A stretch of DNA of 64,000 bases. It comes from Promethearchaeota archaeon (GTDB lineage Archaea > Asgardarchaeota > Lokiarchaeia > Sigyniarchaeales > SOKP01). The stretch lies in contig JBHLLU010000007.1 of the NCBI GenBank assembly GCA_048938895.1, forward strand, positions 32,001-96,000, read 5' to 3'. The notes below the pieces were generated by a model. The model saw nothing but the letters and a program-made list of their open reading frames with translations, ran no database searches and was not told the origin of the DNA. The position numbers were made by a program, and so were the translations under genes. Below are positions 37,253 through 47,330 of this stretch, in pieces (position 1 is the stretch's first letter; every line of letters starts with the position of its first letter).

Positions 37253-39136
37253 TTATTCTGATAACCTTTCTGCCTTTTGTATAGAAATTCTAGCTAAATC
37301 TTCATATTCTGGATCATAAAGATGACATGCTACAAAATATCCAGTCTCAACCTCAACTTGGATTGGAATTTTTGAATCACATGGCTCAAAACAATAACGA
37401 CATCTAGGATGATATCTACATCCTGAAGGGGGGTAAATTAGATTTGGTACCATTCCAGGAATTACTTCAAGTTTTTGTTGTCTTTTCTTCATAACAGGAA
37501 CAGAAGCAATAAGTCCTCTAGTGTATGGATGATAAGGTTTAATAAATAATTTTTTTATATCTCCATATTCAACAATGGATCCGCAATACATCACCGCAAC
37601 TCGATTACACATTTTAGAGATAATTCCAAGATCATGTGTAATAAATAATATAGTTGTATTATATTTCTTACGAAGATCTTTCATCAGTTTCAGAATTTGA
37701 TTTTGAATTGTGACATCAAGTGCTGTGGTAGGTTCATCAGCAATTAATAGCTTGGGTCTACATGCAAGAGCCATCGCAATCTGGACTCGTTGGCGCATAC
37801 CACCACTTAACTCATGTGGGTATCGATCAATAATTACATGAGGAAAGGGGATATTCAATTCCCTTAAAAGATCTATACTCCATTCTCGAGCAATACCGTA
37901 AATAGTTTTATCAGGAAATTTGGAAGCTTCAGCAAGCATTTCATTCTCCATATGTAGTAAGAATACTTCTGAAATTTGCTTACCAATTCTATAAACAGGA
38001 TTGAGAGAATTTAGTGGATCTTGAAAAATCATAGTAATTTCTTTACCACGATATTTTAACATTTCATTTTCAGGTTTTATTATTAGATTTTCCCCACCAA
38101 AAATAACACTGCCTTTTTCAATTTTTCCTGGAGGTCGAATTACTCGAAGAATTGATAATGCGGTTACAGATTTGCCGCATCCCGTTTCACCCACAAGACC
38201 AAGAACTTCTCCCTCGTATAGCTTAAAAGAAACATTCTCTACAGCACGAACAGTACCCTCTTCGGTGTGGAAGTAAGTAGTGAGATTCTTCACGTCAAGA
38301 ATCGTATGATTCCCTCCTGAAACAAAATCTTGTACAGTTTGCATTTCAGCTTCAACTATTTCAATTGCTCTTTGAACCCTTAACTTGCCTTTTTCCTCGG
38401 CTTTAGGTAAAAATATCTTAATCAAAGATACAAGAAAAATAGCAACATATATATTACTAAAAATTATAAATTCAAAACGAATATCCTGTTTGAATACCAT
38501 TATTCCAAGCCATCTGTTTAAATATAACTCAAAAATTATTAGCTGTATTGACCAGATCCCGAATGCAACAAGTCCACCAGTAAACATAGCGTATCTGAGA
38601 ATTTCCTTAGAAATACGTTTCTCAATTGGAAGAGCGCTATTTATTAAAATTGTGATACCCATATCAAATAAAATAATTAAAGCTGCCCATATAAAACCTA
38701 TGTTGAAAATATCAGGATTACTCATTCTAATTCTCAGAAGAGAAATTGAAAAGAATACACCACAAATTATCCAAGATATTATAATAAAATAATTAAATAC
38801 TTTTTGAAATAGATTACTCAAAAAGGGATCTCCTATTGAACCAAATTTTTCCTTTTTAATTACCAGTTCTTTATAAAAGACATTAAACAGAGTTGCCATA
38901 AGAGCAAACATTAAACTATCATTATTCATCATTAAAAATAGAGTAAAATAAGCCCCTATAGTTTCAAGAAAGCTCCGAATACCAAATATTATGAAAAAAA
39001 CTATGATACAAATTACAAGTGAGCTTTTTCTATGAATTGAACGCAAGATTTTTTTGTCTTCAGGGAGATATTTATGAATTAAATTCGAAATAAAGAACAA
39101 AATGAGCATAGCAACGAATGTTTCAATGAAAGCCAT
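37253..39136 (-). CDS. OppD/DppD-type ABC ATPase fused to N-terminal multi-TM domain
   Basis: [44 protein letters not shown]; first ~245 aa hydrophobic. Confidence 0.88.
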   Translation of the reverse strand: MAFIETFVAMLILFFISNLIHKYLPEDKKILRSIHRKSSLVICIIVFFIIFGIRSFLETIGAYFTLFLMMNNDSLMFALMATLFNVFYKELVIKKEKFGSIGDPFLSNLFQKVFNYFIIISWIICGVFFSISLLRIRMSNPDIFNIGFIWAALIILFDMGITILINSALPIEKRISKEILRYAMFTGGLVAFGIWSIQLIIFELYLNRWLGIMVFKQDIRFEFIIFSNIYVAIFLVSLIKIFLPKAEEKGKLRVQRAIEIVEAEMQTVQDFVSGGNHTILDVKNLTTYFHTEEGTVRAVENVSFKLYEGEVLGLVGETGCGKSVTALSILRVIRPPGKIEKGSVIFGGENLIIKPENEMLKYRGKEITMIFQDPLNSLNPVYRIGKQISEVFLLHMENEMLAEASKFPDKTIYGIAREWSIDLLRELNIPFPHVIIDRYPHELSGGMRQRVQIAMALACRPKLLIADEPTTALDVTIQNQILKLMKDLRKKYNTTILFITHDLGIISKMCNRVAVMYCGSIVEYGDIKKLFIKPYHPYTRGLIASVPVMKKRQQKLEVIPGMVPNLIYPPSGCRYHPRCRYCFEPCDSKIPIQVEVETGYFVACHLYDPEYEDLARISIQKAERLSE

Positions 39137-39207
39137 CCCATAATTTAATCCTTGACCTCCTTGATATAATATGTTTATAACCTTTTATCCCCTCTTCTCT
39201 ATACTTT

Positions 39208-40203
39208 TTATAAACTTAATCGTGGATCCAATGCATCTCGCAGTCCATCTCCTACAAGCATAAATCCTATAGATGTTACTCCTATTAATAGTCCAGGCCA
39301 AACAGCCGCATTGACATTGCTAAATGTAGCTCTTGCCCAATTAATATCAGTTCCCCAACTGGCAACAGTTGGATCTCCAAATCCTATAAAAGCTAAACCT
39401 GCTAGACCTATTACAGCGACCGCTGCTCCGCCAAAAAATGCTATTATCATAGGGCTAATAGCATTAGGTATAATATGCTTAAACATCACTTTGAACTTTT
39501 GCGCACCACCTGTTTTTGCTGCTTGAATATATTCTAATTGCTTTACTTGTAACACAAGGGATCGCATAAACCTGGTCCTATATGGTATAAAAAGAATTCC
39601 ATAAATTACAAGACTAGTAAATAATGCTTGTCCCAGTATAGGAACGAGTATGACAACCAGAACCAAATTTGGAAATGCATACATTACATCTACAAAACGC
39701 ATCATTAGATAATCTACCGTGCCACCAAAATATGCTGATATCGTTCCTAAGATAAGTCCTCCTCCAATTGAGATGGATACAGGAATTAATGCCATTAAAA
39801 ATGTGGTTCTACCACCCCAAATAATTCTTGCTAAAACATCATATCCATATTTTGTTGTCCCTAAAGGATGTTCGGGTGATGGAGAAGCAAATGCAGTTTC
39901 TCCAGCAGGAATATAAGGTATCACTATCTCTTCTATTCTATAGTGAGTTAACCAAGGAGTATATATTGCTAATACCATAATGAATAGGATCATTACCATT
40001 CCTGATATTGTTAAAGGTCTCAGAAGGCGTCGAAACATTCTCCTTTTAGATTTTATTTTTTCTATCTGATATTCTTGAGCTGAGAATTCAGGATCTCGCC
40101 AACCAGGAGTTAAATAAAATCTTAAGAATCGAAAAAATTGCTTTTTCCTATCTAATTCAGGCTGTATTTGAATCTTATCCTCAATAAAAGTTTGTTCTGT
40201 CAT
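39208..40203 (-). CDS. OppC/DppC-type ABC permease
   Basis: HPLGTTKYGYDVLARIIWG, EYIQAAKTGGA, KHIIPN, GDGLRDALDPR. Confidence 0.93.
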   Translation of the reverse strand: MTEQTFIEDKIQIQPELDRKKQFFRFLRFYLTPGWRDPEFSAQEYQIEKIKSKRRMFRRLLRPLTISGMVMILFIMVLAIYTPWLTHYRIEEIVIPYIPAGETAFASPSPEHPLGTTKYGYDVLARIIWGGRTTFLMALIPVSISIGGGLILGTISAYFGGTVDYLMMRFVDVMYAFPNLVLVVILVPILGQALFTSLVIYGILFIPYRTRFMRSLVLQVKQLEYIQAAKTGGAQKFKVMFKHIIPNAISPMIIAFFGGAAVAVIGLAGLAFIGFGDPTVASWGTDINWARATFSNVNAAVWPGLLIGVTSIGFMLVGDGLRDALDPRLSL

Positions 40204-40227
40204 CTTTAATTACCTCTCGATTTTATG

Positions 40228-41304
40228 TTAAGTATATGTTATTCTAGGATCAATAATAGTATACATGACGTCCGCAACTAAATTCCCTGTAAGAAGTATT
40301 ATGGTAGAAAATACTAAGAGTCCGTTTATAACTAAATAATCTCCTAAAAATATCGACTCAACCATATAAAAGCCAAAACCTTTATATTCAAAAGTTACTT
40401 CAATAAAAAAAGATCCTAGTAATGCCGTTGCGGTCCCCCCGATAATAAGATTGCTAGTGGGTAATAAAGCATTTCGAAGGGCATGTTTATTTATAACATC
40501 TTTTTCTATAACACCTTTAGCTCTCGCAGTTCTAATGTAATCTTGATCTAAAACATCTAACATACTTGATCGGGTTTGCCTAGTAATAGCGGCCAACGAA
40601 ACAAAAGTTACGCATAGAGCCGGAAGAAGTAAATGTTGTAATGTGTCCCATAGATAAATTTGATCATTATAGAGGAAACTATCAATTAAACGAAATCCTG
40701 TTTTATCCCAAGGCCAAACAAGGTCTGGCTCTGGATATCTCAATCCTGGAGTATTAGCGAAAAATACAGGTAAGTCTAATTTAGTATACGTAAACGTTCC
40801 CAAATAATAACCAAATAAGAGCTGAAGCAAAGTAGCAATCCAAAACACGGGAAACCCAGCTCCAAAAATTGCAAGAGCTCTGATGAGAATATCTTTTGAT
40901 TTATCCTTATGGGTTGCTGATGATAGTCCAAGCTTAACTGCAATGATAGGACTTAATACTATCGGAATTATCATTAATTCTATTGTTCTTGGAAATACTT
41001 CTAAAATAAAATCGATAACAGGAACATTTTCTCGAATTACATAAGAATTACCCCAATCTCCTGTAAAAAAATTTTTATAATACAAACCCAATTGAACATA
41101 CCAAGGATCATAGAAACCAGCTCTCTCTAATTCGGCTTTAAGCACGTCAAAATCAACTAAGCCACCTAATTTGTTGGTAATTGGGCTTACTTCCATCAAA
41201 TGCGATAAAATCCAGGCAAAAGTTAGAACAAGAAACAACATTGGGATCATCATTAATATCCGTCTGATGATATATTTTATCATATTTGTCTTTTTTTTAA
41301 CCAC
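40228..41304 (-). CDS. OppB/DppB-type ABC permease
   Basis: YIIRR, GDWGNS, DYIRTARAKG, HALRNA, IIDPRI. Confidence 0.93.
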   Translation of the reverse strand: MVKKKTNMIKYIIRRILMMIPMLFLVLTFAWILSHLMEVSPITNKLGGLVDFDVLKAELERAGFYDPWYVQLGLYYKNFFTGDWGNSYVIRENVPVIDFILEVFPRTIELMIIPIVLSPIIAVKLGLSSATHKDKSKDILIRALAIFGAGFPVFWIATLLQLLFGYYLGTFTYTKLDLPVFFANTPGLRYPEPDLVWPWDKTGFRLIDSFLYNDQIYLWDTLQHLLLPALCVTFVSLAAITRQTRSSMLDVLDQDYIRTARAKGVIEKDVINKHALRNALLPTSNLIIGGTATALLGSFFIEVTFEYKGFGFYMVESIFLGDYLVINGLLVFSTIILLTGNLVADVMYTIIDPRITYT

Positions 41305-41460
41305 TTTTTCTCATCTCCACATGTATCATAACAAAATTTTTACTCTCACTTAAATTCTTCGATCTAAAAATTGAAGATCCTATATTATATTCAATTAACA
41401 TTGATTTTTTAACCAAAGTGATAATTTTCAGAAACGTTTAAATATATAATTATCATAACC

Positions 41461-41487
41461 TATAAATAAATTTACTTCGTAAATTTA
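41461..41487 (+). promoter_or_regulatory. TATA box plus palindromic operator upstream of the solute-binding protein gene
   Basis: TATAAA (41461-41466) immediately followed by perfect TAAATTTAC-TTC-GTAAATTTA (41467-41487). Confidence 0.7.
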
Positions 41488-41535
41488 ATTTAACAAAAAA
41501 ATCGAAATCAAAAAAAAGTAAGGCGAATCAATAAT

Positions 41536-43746
41536 ATGAAAAAATATTCAAAAGGATTAATATTAACTCTTTTTCTTACTTCTATGCTAATACCGTTCTT
41601 TCCTATTGCAAAAGCTCAAGTCACAGATGTTTTTATTGGAAGCTCCGCCGGACCACGTTCTCTTGCTCACTGGGATAGTCCTACTGCTGTGGTTAGTACT
41701 GGCGATTATTATGTGGGTGCCACTCTTGAAACATTGTTTCGACCACGAGAACAGCTTTGGGATGGTGGTAATGATGGCGCTGAATTACTTCCAGTACTTG
41801 CAACAAGCTGGGTACTTACAAATAGACCAGATGAAATGAATGAGGATGGTTTTATGAATTATGACGGTGTAGAATCAGTAGAAATAACCCTTCGATCGGG
41901 AGTTAAGTTCCATGACGGTTCAGATTGGAATGCAACAGTATGCAAATGGAATATCGATAGACTTATGACAATTATTGGGAATATTAGTGGTATTACACCA
42001 GTAGTTGATTCAAATATGGGTTCTAGACGAGATACTTTTTGGTTAGAACAAGCTGATTGGGCACCCTATGAAAGCCCCAGTTGGAATGTCACGCAGTATG
42101 CGGGGAAGCCTGGAGAGTATCCAGGATTTGGTACCTCTACTGAATCAAAAATGATGGGTCGCTGGCCCCGATTTTATAATGTAACCATTACACAAGATTT
42201 ACAATCGGGGGGGACACTTATAATCCATTTTGGTGACTGGGCCTCTGGTATGAATTATTTATGGGGAATCATCATGATCTCAATGTATTCCTATGGAGCA
42301 GACTATTCTGATACTGCTATCTTAGGATATGGTCTGACTCCTCCTTTTCTACAACCAGATATTTCTGGTGGCTATCCTACTACAGGATTCCCCGGACACC
42401 TCATAGGTACAGGTCCTTATGTTTTTGAAGAACATGTATCGGATATTGGTACATTACATAGATGGGATGATTGGTGGAATGCTACTGCTCAACAAGCTGA
42501 GGGTTGGCATACAGTTGAGAACGTTGCGTTAGCTACTTTTGCCCACACAGAAGCAGGATATCAGGCTAGAAATACTGCTATGGTTACAGGAGATATTGAC
42601 TGTGCTTATGACCGTACTTGGGAACCTGTCAATTATAAAGATATGAAAAAAGCTCCTAATGTAAGATATGTACCTCTTGGCGTTGAAAGTTATGGAGAAA
42701 ATATAATTCTCAATTGTATCAATGAAACGTTTATGTGGACTTGGGCTAATGTCTATCACTTAAATATGAGTTCCTACTATCCTACTCTCAAGGGTGCATT
42801 CGTTGCTTCAGGAGTAATGAATCCAGACGGGACTATGAATGCACATGGAATAAATCGTGCTTTTAGAAAGGCGCTTTCTTATGCGTTTGATTATGATACT
42901 TGGATACACGTTGCAATGGAAGACCGTGTAGTACGTTCTGGAGGATATCTTTGCACAACAAATCCATATTATAATCCATCCATACCAATTGCTACTCATA
43001 ACCTCACCATAGCACGCCAAGCTCTTTTAGATGATCCATACTGGGGAGCAAAATGTGCTGCTAGAGGTCTTGATGAAAGTAGTTCAGATAGTGATTGGCG
43101 GACAGTAGCAGAGACCAATCCTATTTATAGCATGGAGTATAGTTGGGATGATGCCCATTTAGAATCTTATAGTGTGATGTCGACAAGTCTTACGGATATT
43201 GGGTGTGATCTGGCTGATACCGAAGCTTGGAAAGATGTACCTGATACATACACTAAAATGTCTGCATACTTCACATTTCCTTGGACCATAACTGATGGAT
43301 TTGCATTAAAATTAGGTTATACCCGAGTAGCCAATCTTGGTTACCTTGAAGCCTATTATAAGAGTCCTGCATCTTCAATCTTTCCATATGATCAGTTTTA
43401 CAATATGGGCTTTTGCTATAATACAACATACGATAATGCAATCAAGAAAGTCTGGTTCCAAAATGAAACTGGAGTTCAAGAATCATATGATTTCCTATCT
43501 GATTGGATTCAGAACTATCAATATCCAACTATTTATTTAGGGAATGATTTGAGGGGGATGGCAATCGCTAAAGACTGGGATTTTAGCTTTTTCTGGGGTG
43601 TGTTCAGGTTTAATTTTATTAAGCCTAGAGAACCGGGTGCGGCACCATTGATCCCAGGTTATTCACTTTGTGTTATTTTACCTGTTGGAATAATGGCTAT
43701 CTCAGGAATCGGTTACACAATTATAAGAAAAAAGAAACATGCATAG
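41536..43746 (+). CDS. Family 5 (OppA/DppA-like) ABC solute-binding protein with Loki-type C-terminal sorting signal
   Basis: Signal peptide; PVLATSW, LRSGVKFHDGSDWNA, IGTGPY, RAFRKALSYAFD; C-terminal IPGY + TM + RKKK. Confidence 0.88.
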   Translation: MKKYSKGLILTLFLTSMLIPFFPIAKAQVTDVFIGSSAGPRSLAHWDSPTAVVSTGDYYVGATLETLFRPREQLWDGGNDGAELLPVLATSWVLTNRPDEMNEDGFMNYDGVESVEITLRSGVKFHDGSDWNATVCKWNIDRLMTIIGNISGITPVVDSNMGSRRDTFWLEQADWAPYESPSWNVTQYAGKPGEYPGFGTSTESKMMGRWPRFYNVTITQDLQSGGTLIIHFGDWASGMNYLWGIIMISMYSYGADYSDTAILGYGLTPPFLQPDISGGYPTTGFPGHLIGTGPYVFEEHVSDIGTLHRWDDWWNATAQQAEGWHTVENVALATFAHTEAGYQARNTAMVTGDIDCAYDRTWEPVNYKDMKKAPNVRYVPLGVESYGENIILNCINETFMWTWANVYHLNMSSYYPTLKGAFVASGVMNPDGTMNAHGINRAFRKALSYAFDYDTWIHVAMEDRVVRSGGYLCTTNPYYNPSIPIATHNLTIARQALLDDPYWGAKCAARGLDESSSDSDWRTVAETNPIYSMEYSWDDAHLESYSVMSTSLTDIGCDLADTEAWKDVPDTYTKMSAYFTFPWTITDGFALKLGYTRVANLGYLEAYYKSPASSIFPYDQFYNMGFCYNTTYDNAIKKVWFQNETGVQESYDFLSDWIQNYQYPTIYLGNDLRGMAIAKDWDFSFFWGVFRFNFIKPREPGAAPLIPGYSLCVILPVGIMAISGIGYTIIRKKKHA

Positions 43747-43769
43747 ATTTAAGAATTAATAACAATTTC

Positions 43770-43783
43770 ATTTTTTTTTTTTT
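43770..43783 (+). terminator. Oligo-T archaeal terminator after the solute-binding protein gene
   Basis: Run of ~14 T about 25 nt after the stop codon. Confidence 0.5.
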
Positions 43784-43919
43784 CCTTCTATTAGCTTAAA
43801 AAGACTAAGTTTTAATAAATTCTAGAAACCTTAAAAGGACTAACAGATTTTAAAATCCGTAAAATCAAGTTTCATTACAAAATGAAAAATTTATAATATA
43901 TATAGCCCTCAATTATTTT

Positions 43920-45023
43920 ATGACTCAAATTGATAATTATGAGATTGTAAGACAAAAATTACAAATTGGAACAATAACTGCTCCTAACCACAAAAAAATA
44001 TTCAAATTGATGAAGATTTTCTGGAATGAAGATGAGATCAAAGTTTTATCTCAATTTAATAATGTGGGGATGAAAACCTCTCGAAAAGAATTAGCGGAAA
44101 AAACAGGTAAATCAGAAGAAGAAATAGAAGAACTGTTAAGAAGATCAGCAAGAAATGGCACCGTTTTGAGATCTGGCTCAGATTATCGATTGCTTCCGCT
44201 TGTACCAGGTATATTTGAAATGTACTTTATCAGACGAAAGGATTCTGAAGAAAATCTTCACAAAGTTGCAGAGATTTATCGATACATTTTCAAAAACAGA
44301 GCACCAGATTTAGAAGATGATAAAAGCATCCGAAGAGGATTCCGTCCTTTACTTCCATATGATTCTGAGGAGAAGTTAATTAAAGTTGATGAATCGTTAG
44401 ATGTTGAGACTAAGGTTCTTCCTTTTGAAGTAGTTAAAGATATGATCGATAAAAATGAATCATTTGCCGTTGTACCTTGTCAGTGTCGGTTAATTGGTGA
44501 ATATACAGGAGAACCATGCAAACATGCATCTGCAGAATTGGGTTGTTTTCTAACTGGAGAAGCTGCGGAAAGGCAGATAGGTTATGGCGCAAAAAGACTG
44601 ACTAAGGAAGAAGCTATTGAGTTTATTAGAGAAACTGAGAAAGCAGGACTTGTTCATAATACTGTTGCAGATACCAGTAAAGACACGTCTCAATGGATTT
44701 GTAATTGTTGTAGTTGTCATTGTGGAGTATTACTTCCCGCCAAATTATATCATTATAAGGGTGTTTTTCAGACTAATTTTACTCCTGAATTTGATATGGA
44801 ACTCTGTACTAAATGTGAAATATGTATGGAAAAATGTCCTAACGAAGCGATTTATCATGTCTGGCCAAGTAAACCAGATTCATCAGATGAGAAGATGAAA
44901 GTTAGAGAAGAAATGTGTATAGGATGCGGAACTTGTGCTGCAAATTGTCCAAATAATGCAATTAAAATGGTTAAAGTAAGAGACGAGCACCCTAAAAGAC
45001 TGAGCATAAATATTTTTGGTTAA
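43920..45023 (+). CDS. Iron-sulfur protein: N-terminal wHTH-like region, PCxCR/CNCCxCxC motifs and 2x[4Fe-4S] ferredoxin domain
   Basis: PCQCR, GLVH, ICNCCSCHC, CTKCEICMEKCP, CIGCGTCAANCP. Confidence 0.85.
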   Translation: MTQIDNYEIVRQKLQIGTITAPNHKKIFKLMKIFWNEDEIKVLSQFNNVGMKTSRKELAEKTGKSEEEIEELLRRSARNGTVLRSGSDYRLLPLVPGIFEMYFIRRKDSEENLHKVAEIYRYIFKNRAPDLEDDKSIRRGFRPLLPYDSEEKLIKVDESLDVETKVLPFEVVKDMIDKNESFAVVPCQCRLIGEYTGEPCKHASAELGCFLTGEAAERQIGYGAKRLTKEEAIEFIRETEKAGLVHNTVADTSKDTSQWICNCCSCHCGVLLPAKLYHYKGVFQTNFTPEFDMELCTKCEICMEKCPNEAIYHVWPSKPDSSDEKMKVREEMCIGCGTCAANCPNNAIKMVKVRDEHPKRLSINIFG

Positions 45024-45133
45024 ATTGATATTTCTAAGTTTAAATTCTTTTTTTTGTAAAAAAGTAATAAATTATTGATTCTCCTTGATTTTCTCGTCAC
45101 TTTCTCCTTCCGAAAATATACAAAAGCGAAAGA

Positions 45134-45895
45134 TTAACGACCTTTAAATATTGGCTTTCGATTTTCACTAAGCGCCTTGATACCTTCCTGCAGGTCTTCA
45201 CTATCTAATTGAGGTTGAATAAACGCATTAAATTCCTCCTGGGCTAAACGTGCTGCTTTTCTTGCTGCAGGTTCCATATTCTTGTAAAGTCCATATTTAA
45301 TCGCTTTTAGTGTTAATGGCGCATTGTCACGTAGTATTTCAGCCATCTTGGTAGCTTCTATCATAAGCTCTTCCTTATTTTTTGTTACATGGTTGACTAA
45401 ACCCACTTCATAAGCTCGTTTACCACTCATTGGTTGACCGCCCATATAAAATTCCATAGCAACCTTAAAAGGCATGTAAGGGGTATATTCTATAATTCCA
45501 CCTACAATTCCGACCCACGCTTCACCAAAGATGAACTGAGTATCTTCAGTGGCATAGGTAATATCGGTACCACGAATCGCAAGTCCATATCCACTTCCCG
45601 CAACAGTTCCATGCACAGCCCCAACAATTGGTTTCAGGATTTTGGTTCCATTCGAGGGAAATGCTTTACGAAGATCGTTTAATAAGCCCCTGACTCTGAG
45701 ATCTGCACCAAAACTAAAGTCTGGACCATTTGCACTGAGAATTCCAACTCTGCTTTCAGGATCATCAGCGAAGCGATCCCATGCTTTTCCCAAGGCTTTA
45801 CATAAAGGAGGATCTAATAAATTTCGCTTTGGATTGTTTAATGTAATATATGCAATCTGATCTTTAACCTCATATATTAATACTTCACTTGACAT
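45134..45895 (-). CDS. Enoyl-CoA hydratase/isomerase (crotonase) family protein
   Basis: YITLNNP, FSFGADL, KPIVGAVHG, GLVN, SEDLQEGI...ENRKPIFKGR. Confidence 0.9.
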   Translation of the reverse strand: MSSEVLIYEVKDQIAYITLNNPKRNLLDPPLCKALGKAWDRFADDPESRVGILSANGPDFSFGADLRVRGLLNDLRKAFPSNGTKILKPIVGAVHGTVAGSGYGLAIRGTDITYATEDTQFIFGEAWVGIVGGIIEYTPYMPFKVAMEFYMGGQPMSGKRAYEVGLVNHVTKNKEELMIEATKMAEILRDNAPLTLKAIKYGLYKNMEPAARKAARLAQEEFNAFIQPQLDSEDLQEGIKALSENRKPIFKGR

Positions 45896-46026
45896 TTTTT
45901 TTACCTTTTTTATGTTTGATTAGATTTTTCAATAGTTATATATGGATTATTTTTATATATAATTTTTTTAACTTTGAAATAACCATGCTTTGAGCAATAA
46001 ATTTAAAAACTTAGGAAATAATTCAT

Positions 46027-47325
46027 TTATTTTCGAGAGAAACCATATTTTTCAAGCGTTTTAGTTACAGCCATAACATTTTCATGTTTCGAACGTTCAG
46101 GAAGACCTACTCCACCATCAAGAATATACCCTCCACCTTCCTTGCAGCCTTCAAGGATTTTTTTCACGTAATCTTCCATTTGAATTGGAGTTCCTGCAAT
46201 AAATAATGTTGCAGGAATATTTCCCAGAATTATTGCATAATCACCCATTCTTTCTTTTACTTTAATTATATCTGTTTTATCAAACCTATAACATACTTTT
46301 CCCTTATGCGATTTAGCAAATTCTTCAAGATAATCAAGTCGATCATTATATGATCCTTCTATGAAAGGTGATGCAATATAACCTTGTTTAATAAAATTAT
46401 CCATGACTTTTGCTAGTGATGGCCAATAAAATTCTGCAAATTGCTCATCACTCATAAATCCATCAGCTCCTCTATGTAAAGGCATAAAAACCATAGGATC
46501 GATCTCTTGATGTACACTTCTGGAACTTAATGTCATTACTTCACTCAATGGTACAATAAACATTTCTATTAATGCTTTTAATTCCTCAGGTCGTTGATAC
46601 ATATCTAACATTACACCCCTCAGACCTCTAAGTTGATCACCGACCATATCAAAGGGAGCAAATGAAAATGCATTCCTTGTATTCAATGAAGGAAAGCCTA
46701 GTTTTTTCATCTCACTTAAATAATTCATACTAGCATTCCTTGATTTCCTCATTAGTTGTCGTACTTCACCAATTTTTTCCACTAGCTTCAAAACATCTGG
46801 ATTCATGATCCACATTGGTATTCCCATTAAACCATTTAATAATTGGAGCCTTGTAAAATTTGGAAACAAGGTAAATGGCTTAAAAAGACCACACAGATTG
46901 GGCAAGACTTTTCGAATTACATACTGAGTAGGATCTGCAAGAATCTCTTTATAATCTTCAGCTTTCATGTATTCACCTTCAATATATTGAACTGTCGAGT
47001 TATCTGGTAATCGAACCTCTGGATTTTCAGCCCCTGCCCATTTTAAAGTCTTTACTTCCAGTAGATCCATGATAGGGCCTGATTGTAAGCCTAAGATGCC
47101 ACTAGAGGCTAAATCCCATTCATATTGTGGTAAAATTTTTAAAGCCGCTTCATACATTTTTTCAGGATTATAATTTGCCTCTTTAACTGTCATCCCATTT
47201 TGAATAGCAGCATAAAGTGTGCCCATTGGAGCATATGGAACCCGATCTGGTTCTCTCATTTTCATTGCATCAATATATCTTTGCTTTCTTATTTCACAAA
47301 GTCGTTCAATTTCTTCTTCATTCAT
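46027..47325 (-). CDS. UroD-fold methyltransferase (substrate:corrinoid, MT1-like)
   Basis: EPDRVP, APFD, RGLRGVMLDMY, PLHRGADGFMS..FYWP, GNIP, GGGYIL; directly downstream of corrinoid protein gene; ATG 47325 preferred. Confidence 0.8.
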   Translation of the reverse strand: MNEEEIERLCEIRKQRYIDAMKMREPDRVPYAPMGTLYAAIQNGMTVKEANYNPEKMYEAALKILPQYEWDLASSGILGLQSGPIMDLLEVKTLKWAGAENPEVRLPDNSTVQYIEGEYMKAEDYKEILADPTQYVIRKVLPNLCGLFKPFTLFPNFTRLQLLNGLMGIPMWIMNPDVLKLVEKIGEVRQLMRKSRNASMNYLSEMKKLGFPSLNTRNAFSFAPFDMVGDQLRGLRGVMLDMYQRPEELKALIEMFIVPLSEVMTLSSRSVHQEIDPMVFMPLHRGADGFMSDEQFAEFYWPSLAKVMDNFIKQGYIASPFIEGSYNDRLDYLEEFAKSHKGKVCYRFDKTDIIKVKERMGDYAIILGNIPATLFIAGTPIQMEDYVKKILEGCKEGGGYILDGGVGLPERSKHENVMAVTKTLEKYGFSRK

Positions 47326-47330
47326 AGTAA

